A stretch of 32,000 nt of DNA, from contig NZ_CP076228.1 of NCBI RefSeq assembly GCF_021378375.1, positions 810,001 through 842,000 of the forward strand. The letters run 5' to 3'. Positions 7,930 to 18,516 of this stretch are shown here, one piece after another (position 1 is the stretch's first letter; the number at the start of each line of letters is the position of its first letter). Below the pieces are notes generated by a model. The model had not been told where the DNA came from. It was given only the letters and a program-made list of their open reading frames with translations, and did no database searches. Made by a program: the position numbers and the translations under genes. The DNA is from Wolbachia endosymbiont of Drosophila innubila (lineage in GTDB: Bacteria; Pseudomonadota; Alphaproteobacteria; Rickettsiales; Anaplasmataceae).

Positions 7930-10854
7930 TTATTGTTTCATCAGAATTTTTTGCTGATCTGATTGTTTTAATGTTTCAGGTCTATCACTCGTTGTTTTAT
8001 CAGAACTTCCTTTAGAATCTTCTTTTTTGTCTGGTTGCTTTGGCGTGTTAGGTAATTTAGCCTCAATTTTTCCCCGATCTTTACTCATTTTCTGCTTGAT
8101 ACTCTGTATCATACTTTGGGTCTTATCATCAAGGCCAACGGTTGACAGCATAGCTTGCGATGCGCTCTTAGCAACTGTACCAACACCGCCAGTAACTCCA
8201 TAACCAGAGCTAAATAGTGTTTGTACCATAGTTTCCGATATAGAAACAAAAGCTTCCATTGCACCGGCAATAATGAGGTATATAAACGCCTGGATTAGGT
8301 CTATAGGTAATGCTGCAAAGTGTCCACCAGCCCTTTCTCCGGTACTGAGTGCAACATCAACGCTAGTGCCAGGACTGTATCCAAGAGGCAGTATTGATTT
8401 CATCAAGCACAGATCATACGATAAGAAATTTACGCTAATTAAACATTGATAGCATACAGAAAAATTTGTGAGGTTATATAAAACTGAATACATCAACTGA
8501 TTTAAAAGAGATAAAAATGAAAATAAAATGACTGGTTCTAATGAAACATGAGCCAACGTTTTTATCCAATTATCAAACAAGGGTTTAGTCTTTTGAAATA
8601 GAATAAATACGATAAATAAAGGTGTTAATGACAGTAAAAACGCCACTAGAACAGTAGATATTACATATTTAAACGTAGCGCTAATAATGCATTTTAAGAA
8701 CATAAAAGTAGCGTAGAGTATTGCCAAAAATGCAATAAAGCCAAAAGGACCAGAGAGCATCAATGATAAAAACTTTAACCAAGTTTCTGCTGTGAATAAT
8801 ACTCCTACTGTCAAGTCTAAGAATGCAAATTTTCTCCCCCCTTCCCCTATATAGCCAGAAAAGCTATCAACCAAATAAGTGCTACCATCTATAAAAAGTC
8901 TGGATAAAGTTGTACCAAAAAGTTCCCAGCTTCTATCGCTAAAGGCAAAAGCTATAAATGCTATCTTGAACATTCTTACAATGAAATCAAATTTACTTAG
9001 CTGTATTGTTCCAAGCATATAGCCAATGACAGTAAATATAACGTATAGAGTAAGTAAAGCTCTTACCCCCTGAAGAAGACCTCTTGCATATCCTTTGTAT
9101 GAATCTTTAACGCTGTCCCCAATTACTTCTTCTTTTATAAATTTAAATACCCCGTTTACATTCGATGAAATAAAATCATTAATTTTTCTTTTGACAAATA
9201 AAGTTACACTATACTTATTGTTTTCGTAATATTTGCCATTTTTGTCCGTAATGTCATCTTTCTCTACGTTGCTTACATTGATGCCGAAATATATCTTCTT
9301 AGGTTTGCATTCATCTGTTATAGGTTTTTTGTCTTTGCATTCATCTGTTAAAAGACCTCCATCTATTATATAATATACCTTATCCTTTGTTTTATCTAAG
9401 TGCTCTACTTTTTTGAAATCATTAGTCTTTGGAGCAGATGGATCCCCTGGCGGGTTATCACCCAAATACACATACAGTTTTTCACCATTGATATATTCAC
9501 ACGATCTAGTCACTTTAACATGGTACCCGCCCCTATTAGCTCCATAGTAACCATAATCTGCTATAGCAAGCATCACACTACTACCATATTTTACATTGTC
9601 ATTTACTGCATAGTCACTATTTAATTTCAGAGAAAAATCCTCGAAATTGTCACTAATTTGCGAACACACATTATCCTTTCTTGCACCTACTTCATTATCT
9701 GGAAGACATTGCATACCTTTATCAGTATCTTGATCACCAAGATCACCAATTTTTGCAACAAGAGCCTCAGCCCAAGATTTATCATCTTCAGTAAAACTAC
9801 CTGCTTTAACATTCCCTTCCATTTTTTCTAGATAAGAATACATATCACATTTATTTCCTTTATCGTACTTCTTATACCTTATAGAGGAGACACAGTTCCG
9901 TTCTCCTGCTCGACCTGAATCATAGTTCCATATACCTTTTCTAGTATAGCATATATTCTGATAGTAACAATTAAGCTCATAAGAACTGTACTTTTTTTTC
10001 TCATCCAAACTACAGTTTTTTCCATCACATAACTCATTCAATCCTATTTTAGCTCGGCGTAAATCGAACAGCGAGCCATGTATCCATGGTTCGTTGTTTT
10101 TAACATAACCTTTATTAAAATGTACCTTATTATCATATGGAGTGTACCCATTGCCAACTAGCACTTTGCTTTCCTTTGCTTTTGTTTTATCAAGAGGTAA
10201 AAATTTTATTTTATTTCTCTTTCCATCCTTGCCCTCACAAAAAAATTCCTCTCCCTCTTGCTTGCTAACATTCAATATTTCACTTTCTGACACTTTTTCA
10301 CCTCCTTCTTCAGCTCTATAACAATTGTCATCAAAGCTGATACCTTTCCCTCCTGGATTGTCATAATCAATTGTTATTTTTCTGGGAACTAAGCTAAAGC
10401 TTAACTTATCACCAGGATTTACTTTAATTCCAGTGTCTACATAACGTCTATTGCTGCCAAATCCTTTACCACCGCACAATTCGTTTTTATTTACGCCTTT
10501 TTCATCAACGCCATAATTATTAGGCACATCGTTAATATTTGCAGCTTTACTATAATTTGGTTCTGAGCCATCAGCACAAAAGCTAACTGGCACAAGTACT
10601 TTCCTTGGATTTTTGTCTTCTTTAAAAGGGCAAAAATTTACTGATCCATCGAGGGTGAATTTGATTTCCTCACCCTTACTAATTACTTGACCAGAATCAA
10701 CCCAATGAATTTTAACTTCTTCACCAGCTTTATGAACTGGAACATCCACGTTAACACTAGTGTTTCTGCTCTGCAACCCAGGTTCGACACAATCCATGTT
10801 ACAACCAGTGATTGCAAGACACAGTATCAACAATAGTGATCTTTTACTTATCAT
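7930..10854 (-). CDS. virB6: VirB6 family type IV secretion protein (third paralog, 974 aa); 3' end possibly frameshifted
   Basis: Lipobox 'LLLILCLAITGCNMDC'. VirB6/TrbL-like TM core 'GPFGFIAFLAILYATFMFLKCIISATFKYVISTVLVAFLLSLTPLFIVFILFQKTKPLFDNWIKTLAHVSLEPVILF'. 4-nt overlap with the next upstream gene. Confidence 0.9.
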   Translation of the reverse strand: MISKRSLLLILCLAITGCNMDCVEPGLQSRNTSVNVDVPVHKAGEEVKIHWVDSGQVISKGEEIKFTLDGSVNFCPFKEDKNPRKVLVPVSFCADGSEPNYSKAANINDVPNNYGVDEKGVNKNELCGGKGFGSNRRYVDTGIKVNPGDKLSFSLVPRKITIDYDNPGGKGISFDDNCYRAEEGGEKVSESEILNVSKQEGEEFFCEGKDGKRNKIKFLPLDKTKAKESKVLVGNGYTPYDNKVHFNKGYVKNNEPWIHGSLFDLRRAKIGLNELCDGKNCSLDEKKKYSSYELNCYYQNICYTRKGIWNYDSGRAGERNCVSSIRYKKYDKGNKCDMYSYLEKMEGNVKAGSFTEDDKSWAEALVAKIGDLGDQDTDKGMQCLPDNEVGARKDNVCSQISDNFEDFSLKLNSDYAVNDNVKYGSSVMLAIADYGYYGANRGGYHVKVTRSCEYINGEKLYVYLGDNPPGDPSAPKTNDFKKVEHLDKTKDKVYYIIDGGLLTDECKDKKPITDECKPKKIYFGINVSNVEKDDITDKNGKYYENNKYSVTLFVKRKINDFISSNVNGVFKFIKEEVIGDSVKDSYKGYARGLLQGVRALLTLYVIFTVIGYMLGTIQLSKFDFIVRMFKIAFIAFAFSDRSWELFGTTLSRLFIDGSTYLVDSFSGYIGEGGRKFAFLDLTVGVLFTAETWLKFLSLMLSGPFGFIAFLAILYATFMFLKCIISATFKYVISTVLVAFLLSLTPLFIVFILFQKTKPLFDNWIKTLAHVSLEPVILFSFLSLLNQLMYSVLYNLTNFSVCYQCLISVNFLSYDLCLMKSILPLGYSPGTSVDVALSTGERAGGHFAALPIDLIQAFIYLIIAGAMEAFVSISETMVQTLFSSGYGVTGGVGTVAKSASQAMLSTVGLDDKTQSMIQSIKQKMSKDRGKIEAKLPNTPKQPDKKEDSKGSSDKTTSDRPETLKQSDQQKILMKQ

Positions 10855-13238
10855 TGCTGTCTTCCTGGTGGTGGTATCTGAGGCGTTGACCTTTGAGTCC
10901 CTTGTGGTATTTGAGGTCTTGACGTACCTGACTGTTGAGAAGCACCTCCTCTTTCTCTTCTTTGAACGCTTTGTTCATCTAACCCTACTGTTCCCATTAA
11001 GCTTTGTTGATACTGTCTTCCAGGTTCGCTTGCTACATAAGCACCAAACAACGAGTCAGATATTGTCGAAGAAGCTTCAACTAAAGCTTTCATAGCGTGT
11101 CCCAAAATAACAAAAGCCATCATAGCGGTAATATTAGGTGTATATTTGGAAGCATAACCATAAAAAATACAAGGGTTAAAAATCTTTAAGTTAATATTAA
11201 GTATACATGTAGAGCAGACCTCAAAATCAAATATTGAATACACAATATAATCCATAACCTGGCTTATCAGTGATATAAAAATTAAAAGCACTACTGGATG
11301 AATCGCAAATCTTGCTAAATTTTTAACCCAGTTGTGAAACATCTGCCTAGTATACGCAAATAAAAGACAAATAATAAAAATAGGTGCTAAAGAAAGCAAT
11401 AACGCAACTATTGCTATAGATGTAATAAAAGAAAATAAGGCATTAAAAATAGATAAGCTCACTGTGATTAAACCCCAAATCACCAAGCAAAAAGATACAA
11501 TGCCCAAAGGGCCAGAAAATATAAGAGATACTATTAACAATACTGAATGCGATGACAAGAACCTATTGAGCGGCAAATCAAGAAACTCAAAAACATTTGA
11601 AGTAGTGCCTCTAAAATTTGCTATTTCTATTAGTTGTTTTGGAGTGTTAATAAATATAGAGAATGCGTTGTTATAAAAAAAGTCCCAGCTATTATCCTGC
11701 AATAGCTGGGCGATGATTCCTATCTTTACGCATATAATTAAAAACTCATATATAGAAATATGAGTTAATCCAAAAAAGTAATAAAGAGTATATAAGATTA
11801 TATATAGTACTAATAGTGATATTATAGTAGATCTAATGGTATTTGTTCTGCTTGATTTTATAAAACTTTCGTAAAGAGACTTTACAGGACTAGTATCAGA
11901 GTGAATTGCGTTAGGGTCTTTATAATTAGAGCCGAAAAATGCAGTTTTCACTTTTTCATCAAAGAAATTATATATTGCACTAAAAGTTTTTGTAGGTGGC
12001 TCTTTAGTTGTTAGGTTAATACTAAATTGACCTTCATTTTTGTAATCGCAGCCATGGTCTCTTATTCCGTAATATATGGTGCCTGTTTTGTCTTTTAATT
12101 TTCCTTTCAAGTTTTCCATGTCATGAACTTTGCTGATATCTACAGATATATCCGCTTGATTTTCACCAGGCTTATGCTCAGGGAATTTATCGGAAACACT
12201 TATATACAAGCTATTTTCCAGACTATGGTTCTTCGTTACTCTTATGTTGAACCCGCCTTTGTCATTTGTATTGTAGCAGCTCTTGTCATTTCTGCTACAT
12301 AGACTAAAAGTTAAACTTGGTATTTGATGGTCATTCTCCATCCTATGATCACAACTAGTACATAAACCACCACCTGGAATGTGTTCAAGAGTTTCATTAT
12401 CCATACCAACTTTTAGAAATGTAATGTCAGTTTTTACCTGTTTTCCCTTTAATACGTTACTAATAATTTCAGCAACAACAGATTCACCACTAGAATTTAA
12501 AGCATTGAATAGCTCAATTTCTATATTATTATATTCAATATACACGCAATCCTCGCCTCTACGACCAGAAGAAAATTTACATATACGTCTACAGAGTGAA
12601 TTTAAAATGTGCGTATCTATCTTACTTGCACTGCTCTCTGAAAGCTTACTGCAATCTATATTCTCTCCTTGTTTTATAGAGTTAATAATATTTTCAATTT
12701 CCTTTTTTCTTTCATCTTGATCTAACTTCGAAAACCAGTACTCTCTTCCACTCAACCATTGCGCATCGCCTATTATATATTTATTAGGACATATCTCATC
12801 CTTGCCACCTTGGCATTTCTCTTGATTTAAAACATGTGCAAAATGTTCCGTTTCTTGCTCGCTACACTTTTCGTCGATTTTCAAATACCTGATTTTTGTC
12901 TCACTCTCTTTATCTTTACACACTTTACTTCCAATCACACTAAAGCTTATCGTATCGCCTTTTTTAAGTGCAAATGGTAATGCAACGTCATTTCTCCCAG
13001 GCCCAATTGCAAAATCTGCATACTGCTTAGGACAAAAATTAACCTTACTAGGCACTATATCAATCTCTGTTACTCTTATTCTATCTGAGATATTAACACC
13101 AGAATCAACCCATTTCTGCTCTGTTGACACTATATCTAGTTTTTCACGCAAACCTGATAAATTTTCTGGCTTAATACAGTGATGTTCCCCGCAGCCTGAC
13201 AGAAAAAAAAACGGTATTATCAGCAAAAATTTTAGCAT
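10851..13238 (-). CDS. virB6: VirB6 family type IV secretion protein (second paralog, 795 aa)
   Basis: Lipobox 'LLIIPFFFLSGCGEHHC'. TM core 'SGPLGIVSFCLVIWGLITVSLSIFNALFSFITSIAIVALLLSLAPIFIICLLFAYTRQMFHNWVKNLARFAIHPVVLL'. Terminal motif 'SLMGTVGLDEQ' shared with the third paralog ('AMLSTVGLDDK'). Confidence 0.9.
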   Translation of the reverse strand: MLKFLLIIPFFFLSGCGEHHCIKPENLSGLREKLDIVSTEQKWVDSGVNISDRIRVTEIDIVPSKVNFCPKQYADFAIGPGRNDVALPFALKKGDTISFSVIGSKVCKDKESETKIRYLKIDEKCSEQETEHFAHVLNQEKCQGGKDEICPNKYIIGDAQWLSGREYWFSKLDQDERKKEIENIINSIKQGENIDCSKLSESSASKIDTHILNSLCRRICKFSSGRRGEDCVYIEYNNIEIELFNALNSSGESVVAEIISNVLKGKQVKTDITFLKVGMDNETLEHIPGGGLCTSCDHRMENDHQIPSLTFSLCSRNDKSCYNTNDKGGFNIRVTKNHSLENSLYISVSDKFPEHKPGENQADISVDISKVHDMENLKGKLKDKTGTIYYGIRDHGCDYKNEGQFSINLTTKEPPTKTFSAIYNFFDEKVKTAFFGSNYKDPNAIHSDTSPVKSLYESFIKSSRTNTIRSTIISLLVLYIILYTLYYFFGLTHISIYEFLIICVKIGIIAQLLQDNSWDFFYNNAFSIFINTPKQLIEIANFRGTTSNVFEFLDLPLNRFLSSHSVLLIVSLIFSGPLGIVSFCLVIWGLITVSLSIFNALFSFITSIAIVALLLSLAPIFIICLLFAYTRQMFHNWVKNLARFAIHPVVLLIFISLISQVMDYIVYSIFDFEVCSTCILNINLKIFNPCIFYGYASKYTPNITAMMAFVILGHAMKALVEASSTISDSLFGAYVASEPGRQYQQSLMGTVGLDEQSVQRRERGGASQQSGTSRPQIPQGTQRSTPQIPPPGRQQ

Positions 13239-13247
13239 AAATCCAAC

Positions 13248-15812
13248 TCATTCAGTGCTTTTGTTAACACTCTCGGAGCTACTAGAACCAGAACCTCGAG
13301 ATTTACTCTTGTCTCCACCACTCAACTTCTTAGCAGCAGCATCAGCAACTCCAGCAACACCCCCAGCAGCAGCTTTGGCAGCAGATAAAGCTTTGCCCAC
13401 TATTTGTCCAGGTGTCTGACCTGAGCCAAGTGCTGCTCTATGGTTACCAGCAAGTTCAGCAGCCATGCCAGGAAGAATGTTTAAAAAGTGGTAAAAGAGG
13501 AATAATACTAAACACAATTTTAATAATTCTCCGATGAGAGAGCTGCCAAACTCCATGTATGTAAAGTCGAATAGACCAAGTATGCTGCTCTTTTTAAAGC
13601 TATAATTTTGCATCATACATGCAAGAGTAGTTTCATTTTTATCACATTCCCCATCTTTCAATTTAAACCACTGTTTTTTCTTACTATATGAGATTTCTGC
13701 TTGTTTCTTTTCATATGACTTGTCCGGTTGTTCATTTTTATATGACTCGTCCAGTTCAAAATTTAAATTTTTAAAATAGATTTTATCACATGCTATGAAC
13801 ATAAAGGACAAAAACGCAAAAAGGATAACCGGGTATAAGCTATAGGTAATCAACTCTTTCACCCAGCCTTCAAAATATCCTTTGGTGTGTTGGAATAAAA
13901 CCATAGGAATGAACAAAGGTGATAAAATGATGATTACACTTAAAGCAACTAGAGATAAAATAAATACATAGCACAGCCACAAAATAGCCATCATCATCAG
14001 AACGGCCATAAATATACAGACAAGAGCTACTAAAATTTGTCCACCAGCAAAAATAATACCGATTACCGAACCTGCAACTAATAAGACAGGAGCAGCACCA
14101 AGCAAGACTGCTAACGTTGCAACACCTCCAGTACCAATTTTGCCACCAATTCCATCTAAAGGGGCACCTAAATAAAATAAAATTCTACAATCAAGCCTAT
14201 CCCAAGGTGCAAGATAACTGTAAGATACCCTCTTTCCTGCACGAGTATATTCATAATCTGTACCTGCTTTATAATTACATATGCCTTTACTTTCAGATGA
14301 TGCTTTTAGCACTATCTCTGACAAACCATTTGAGAGACGAGTTAATTCTCCATAATAATGAGACATGGTACTGCCTGTTGTGAAGTAAATCACTAAAGCG
14401 AATTTTATGATCAACATATACATTTCTTGAGGCCTCTGAACTCCACCAGACATGGCTTTTATAGAGAACAGTATTAAAGCTAAAACTAAAACAGCAGTTA
14501 CAGTGTTTTTCAGCCTTTTCTGTGCTACAGATATAAAACTCTCACCATTTGGTGCACCTTTACCTGCAACTAAATTATCTAACGATTCCTTAATGCATTG
14601 CACTATCATAGAAGTTACGGGAATAGGAGCTAATGATTTACTCCCTGCCTGGTTATAACAAGCTTCAGAAACATACGAGCTAAAACAGCCAGCATTATCA
14701 TAACCTACAAAAATTTTCCCCCCTTGTCCGTTGAGTCTTTTTTCTTTAGATCTGATAATAGTTTTATAGTCATCATTATTACCAATAGGAACTTTTTCCT
14801 CTCCTGTACCATCTTTATTTTTGAATATCATCACAGATTTTTCACACATAGGAGCAAGTGGGTCAGGTGGCAATTCCGTGCACCCCATATCAATCCCTTG
14901 CGGCCAAGGAGTCATTTCGATACCAAGCATGCTAACACTGGCTAACTCCACACATAATCTGCCCGTTTTTCTCACTGCTTTGAATGTAGCTCCATGTATG
15001 GGTTCGCTCTGTCCTGCTTTGAGAACTCTACATTCCAGACCACCATCAACCTTCGAGGACCATGACCCATCTACGTATCCCGTGTCTTTCTCCCTGACAT
15101 CAAAGTCTATGTATCCAGGTTTTCCTCTGGAATTAAAGTCTACCTTATTAAAAAGATTACCAAAAGTTAAAGGGTTTCGATGACATACTTCTATATATTC
15201 ACTGTATTGCACACCATTTTTTGGCCAGTAATAACTCTCTGTACTCTCCTGAACGTTAGAATTTAAGGCTTCTTTTTCTGCTCTTTTCCCGTCATAATCT
15301 TTTTTGTTCACGTCTTCCCGAGCTTTATTTTGCAAACAAGAAAAATATTCCTCTTCTGTTTGGTAATTTTCATTGGTGCAGCCACTATAACCTGTGTCTT
15401 CTAATTTAAAATTTTTGTATTTTCCATCATGATCACGTGCAACTGGGTGTTTAACAAAACTATGTTCACAAACAACAAGCCCTCCTATCGCTTTCCAGAC
15501 TCCAACAATTGCAGCTATCATTCCAACAATAACAAGAGCGGTAAACAAACCAGCAGAAGAAACGATCAAAACAATGCCAGTAAATATTGCGCCAACAGCA
15601 ATCGCTATTCCAGCAAGTGCTGCAGCTGTTTTAAACGCTCCACAATCAGGATTAGAGGCACGACTAAAACTGCCAGTGGAATTAAATCTGCTAACAAATT
15701 CTGTCTTGTCAGTACCACTTACTCCATCTGCAAGCACTGGATATGAGAGTAAAAAGTCTATATTTAGTAAAAATATCGCAATTAATAGCAATGACAGCTT
15801 AGTCTTAAACAT
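13248..15812 (-). CDS. virB6: VirB6 family type IV secretion protein (first paralog, 854 aa)
   Basis: Signal peptide-like N-terminus without an obvious lipobox. TM core '...ILWLCYVFILSLVALSVIIILSPLFIPMVLFQHTKGYFEGWVKELITYSLYPVILFAFLSFMFIACDKIYF'. 8-nt overlap with virB4. Confidence 0.9.
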   Translation of the reverse strand: MFKTKLSLLLIAIFLLNIDFLLSYPVLADGVSGTDKTEFVSRFNSTGSFSRASNPDCGAFKTAAALAGIAIAVGAIFTGIVLIVSSAGLFTALVIVGMIAAIVGVWKAIGGLVVCEHSFVKHPVARDHDGKYKNFKLEDTGYSGCTNENYQTEEEYFSCLQNKAREDVNKKDYDGKRAEKEALNSNVQESTESYYWPKNGVQYSEYIEVCHRNPLTFGNLFNKVDFNSRGKPGYIDFDVREKDTGYVDGSWSSKVDGGLECRVLKAGQSEPIHGATFKAVRKTGRLCVELASVSMLGIEMTPWPQGIDMGCTELPPDPLAPMCEKSVMIFKNKDGTGEEKVPIGNNDDYKTIIRSKEKRLNGQGGKIFVGYDNAGCFSSYVSEACYNQAGSKSLAPIPVTSMIVQCIKESLDNLVAGKGAPNGESFISVAQKRLKNTVTAVLVLALILFSIKAMSGGVQRPQEMYMLIIKFALVIYFTTGSTMSHYYGELTRLSNGLSEIVLKASSESKGICNYKAGTDYEYTRAGKRVSYSYLAPWDRLDCRILFYLGAPLDGIGGKIGTGGVATLAVLLGAAPVLLVAGSVIGIIFAGGQILVALVCIFMAVLMMMAILWLCYVFILSLVALSVIIILSPLFIPMVLFQHTKGYFEGWVKELITYSLYPVILFAFLSFMFIACDKIYFKNLNFELDESYKNEQPDKSYEKKQAEISYSKKKQWFKLKDGECDKNETTLACMMQNYSFKKSSILGLFDFTYMEFGSSLIGELLKLCLVLFLFYHFLNILPGMAAELAGNHRAALGSGQTPGQIVGKALSAAKAAAGGVAGVADAAAKKLSGGDKSKSRGSGSSSSESVNKSTE

Positions 15813-18213
15813 TTTTTACCTTCTGATAAAATATAGGCAACCATACTTTTGGGTTGTCCCCAACTTCATTTAATATATCGTGTAACAATAGAACACTTTC
15901 TGCACGTCCGGATAATACGTTGATTATATCATCCAGGCCTTTTAAGTCTATTCTAGCTACTACAGCATTGACTCCTTGTTTCACCAAAAAGAATCTAGTA
16001 CTCGGATCTGTGTGCTTAATTAATATATATTCACGTTCAGTTAACATAAAAACATCCCGATAGACACTAGTAGCTTTCAGATTTGGTAAAAAAATCTGTG
16101 TCGCTGTTTGTTGTACAAGCGTATCGCTAATAGTACTTTTACTTGCATCCTCAACACTCTGAGTAGCAAAAATCACAAAAGCATTTAGTTTTCTCAGTAC
16201 CTTCAACCAGTCTTTTATCTTGGGTGCAAAAACTGGATTATCTATTAACGCCCATGCCTCATCAAGAACGATAATAGATGGAGTGCCATCAAGAGATATA
16301 CTAATCCTATGAAATAAATAAATCAAGACCGGTCCAAGAGCAACAGGATCTTTGAGCAAGCTAGCCATCTCAAAACCAAATACTCTTGCTCGTGAAAAAT
16401 CTAGCAAATCTTCTTTATTGTCAAATATTGCAGCATGAGAACCATTATCATGCCACATAGATATTGCCCCAGCTAGAGTATCAGGACCTGCAAGCCCTAA
16501 AAACGGTACGAGGTTTCTCAAGAATCTGTCTTCTTTTCTTAATTTAAAATTTCCTTCAATTGCATCATTAATTCGTGCAATATCTTCTGAAGTAAATTTA
16601 TCATTATATACCGAAATTAAAGACTTTATCCACTCCATTAAAAATGTTCTATTATCAGAGGTATCATCAAGTTGTAAAGGATTAAAATTTGTTTTAGTTC
16701 TTGGTTCTATTACAGTATAGATACCACTAAGTGCTCTTAAGAAAATCTCTGCACCGCGATCTTTATCAAAAAAGAATATCCTTGGAGAAAACTTCATCGC
16801 TTGGGCACACAGGAAATTCATTAAAACAGTTTTACCAGCACCAGTTGGGCCAATTATCATAGTGTGTCCAACATCCCTTATATGAAAGTTGAAAAAAAAT
16901 GGAGTACCAGATGTCGTGTCAAAAACTGTAACGGCATCTCCCCAGTGGTTATTGAATTTATTACCAGTAGGATAATTATGTTGAGATGCAAATCCAGCCA
17001 AATTAAGACTACTTATTGTAGCTTTTCTCACTATATAATCGAAATTACCAGGAATTTGCGCCCAAAATGCTGGTTCAAGGTTAACTCTCTCACGTATAGG
17101 GTAAACACCGCAATTAGAAAGCTCTGATTCTACCAACGACAGAGCGTTATCCAATGATTTAGGACTTTTTTCTATACATAAAATAGTCAGGTGATGTTGA
17201 CCAAACGCAATCTTACCACTCATTGCGTCATCAAGCGCTTGAGAAATTTCTGCTATTTGAGAAATAGCTTTATCTGCAGACTGTATCATTCGATTTTGCT
17301 GTATCTGCATTTTTCCAATCGCCATTTGCCTGTTTATAAATTGAAAAGATTGCGTAATTATAAACTCGTAAGGAAGTTGTAAAAACGAATCAAGCATTCC
17401 TGCAGAAGTATGATTTCCATATTCTTTGATACTAATTATTCCAGCATATTTACTCTCATTATGAGTCACAACCTGTATCATCTTACGGCCAAAGAATAAC
17501 CTATGTACTGGTAAGTACCTTGATATTTCAGTTCTTAGCGGAAAAAGCGTATTTGTAACGAATCCACAATTTACGATTCTAGATAGAAACTCCATTATTT
17601 CGCAGAACAAACCATCTGGAGTTTCTTTTACTCCAAGAATTTTAGGCGAATAATTTCTAAGGCTTGTCACTACACGATTTGTCGTTTCCTCTAAATCTTC
17701 ATACGTGGCACGTATATCACTTTCCCAAGCATGTTTTGAAGTTACATGTCCGAATTTTTTTAGTAGATGTGACAAAAATTCTACTCCTTTTGTGTCCGCT
17801 CTACGGATAATCGTAATGTATAGGTCATTAATAAATGATTGCCTTGTTGCGTGTTTTTCTCTCCATTTTAGATTTACGTGATTAGCGAAAAAATTCGGCA
17901 AACCTTGACTTGCAAATTCATCAGAAAAAATATTTTTCTTACGTCTGATAGTATGAAAATACAAACTAAATGCCGGAGATGAAATGCTTCTTAGCATCTG
18001 ATTCCTGATGTTGTTCTGTATGACTAAATCCTCGTCATCGGCAGTTTCAAATGCAAAACCACTTAATTTTATAACCTTAACCAACCAGTTTTCTTTTGTC
18101 ATCAAGGTTGTGCTATTCCAATAGCAAGAATAAGGAATAAATTCAGCAGCGTGAACTTCCCTGTTCAGAGTAGATTTATTCTTTGATTGAATAGCCCTAA
18201 ACCTCAGCATCAC
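15805..18213 (-). CDS. virB4: VirB4 type IV secretion ATPase
   Basis: 802 aa. Walker A 'MIIGPTGAGKTVLMNFLCAQAM', Walker B-like 'IIVLDEAWALIDNPVFAPKIKDWLKVLRKLNAFVIFATQSVEDA'. Confidence 0.97.
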   Translation of the reverse strand: MMLRFRAIQSKNKSTLNREVHAAEFIPYSCYWNSTTLMTKENWLVKVIKLSGFAFETADDEDLVIQNNIRNQMLRSISSPAFSLYFHTIRRKKNIFSDEFASQGLPNFFANHVNLKWREKHATRQSFINDLYITIIRRADTKGVEFLSHLLKKFGHVTSKHAWESDIRATYEDLEETTNRVVTSLRNYSPKILGVKETPDGLFCEIMEFLSRIVNCGFVTNTLFPLRTEISRYLPVHRLFFGRKMIQVVTHNESKYAGIISIKEYGNHTSAGMLDSFLQLPYEFIITQSFQFINRQMAIGKMQIQQNRMIQSADKAISQIAEISQALDDAMSGKIAFGQHHLTILCIEKSPKSLDNALSLVESELSNCGVYPIRERVNLEPAFWAQIPGNFDYIVRKATISSLNLAGFASQHNYPTGNKFNNHWGDAVTVFDTTSGTPFFFNFHIRDVGHTMIIGPTGAGKTVLMNFLCAQAMKFSPRIFFFDKDRGAEIFLRALSGIYTVIEPRTKTNFNPLQLDDTSDNRTFLMEWIKSLISVYNDKFTSEDIARINDAIEGNFKLRKEDRFLRNLVPFLGLAGPDTLAGAISMWHDNGSHAAIFDNKEDLLDFSRARVFGFEMASLLKDPVALGPVLIYLFHRISISLDGTPSIIVLDEAWALIDNPVFAPKIKDWLKVLRKLNAFVIFATQSVEDASKSTISDTLVQQTATQIFLPNLKATSVYRDVFMLTEREYILIKHTDPSTRFFLVKQGVNAVVARIDLKGLDDIINVLSGRAESVLLLHDILNEVGDNPKVWLPIFYQKVKNV

Positions 18214-18219
18214 ACAACG

Positions 18220-18516
18220 TTAAGCAATATCATAAGAATTGGCTCCATGGTAAAAACGATTTAAACATTTCGAGCACTTTTCCAATTTTACCATAAATAA
18301 TTCAATAAACAACGGTTCTTTTGCAGAAGCTATATAACCAAGTCCATGTATACCTGGTAACATTAAGAGAATCACTCTTAAATCATTTGAATTAATGAAA
18401 ATTAGCATGCAAATCAGGACGTTTAATATTGCAAACATATAACTCACACCAAAGAGCATTGCAGGTCTTGTAAGACCTTTAAATAATTGATCTGTTTGTA
18501 TACTACCTGTGGACAT
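18220..18516 (-). CDS. virB3: VirB3 type IV secretion protein
   Basis: 98 aa small membrane protein immediately upstream of virB4; 'LFKGLTRPAMLFGVSYMFAILNVLICMLIF' is typical of VirB3. Confidence 0.9.
   Translation of the reverse strand: MSTGSIQTDQLFKGLTRPAMLFGVSYMFAILNVLICMLIFINSNDLRVILLMLPGIHGLGYIASAKEPLFIELFMVKLEKCSKCLNRFYHGANSYDIA

Noticed and set aside
10760-11095. 111-aa plus-strand ORF across the virB6 junction
   Set aside because: Spans the overlapping end/start of two minus-strand virB6 genes and looks like antisense translation of low-complexity tail sequence.
14117-15183. Several plus-strand ORFs (68-120 aa) opposite virB6
   Set aside because: They are antisense to the well-supported virB6 frame, short and overlapping one another, with no start context or domain; likely by-products of composition.
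4059-18516. Calling the virB array a novel secretion system
   Set aside because: The virB3-virB4-multiple virB6 arrangement with a trailing hypothetical gene is the known Rickettsiales (rvh) T4SS organisation; only its unusual sub-features are reported as findings.
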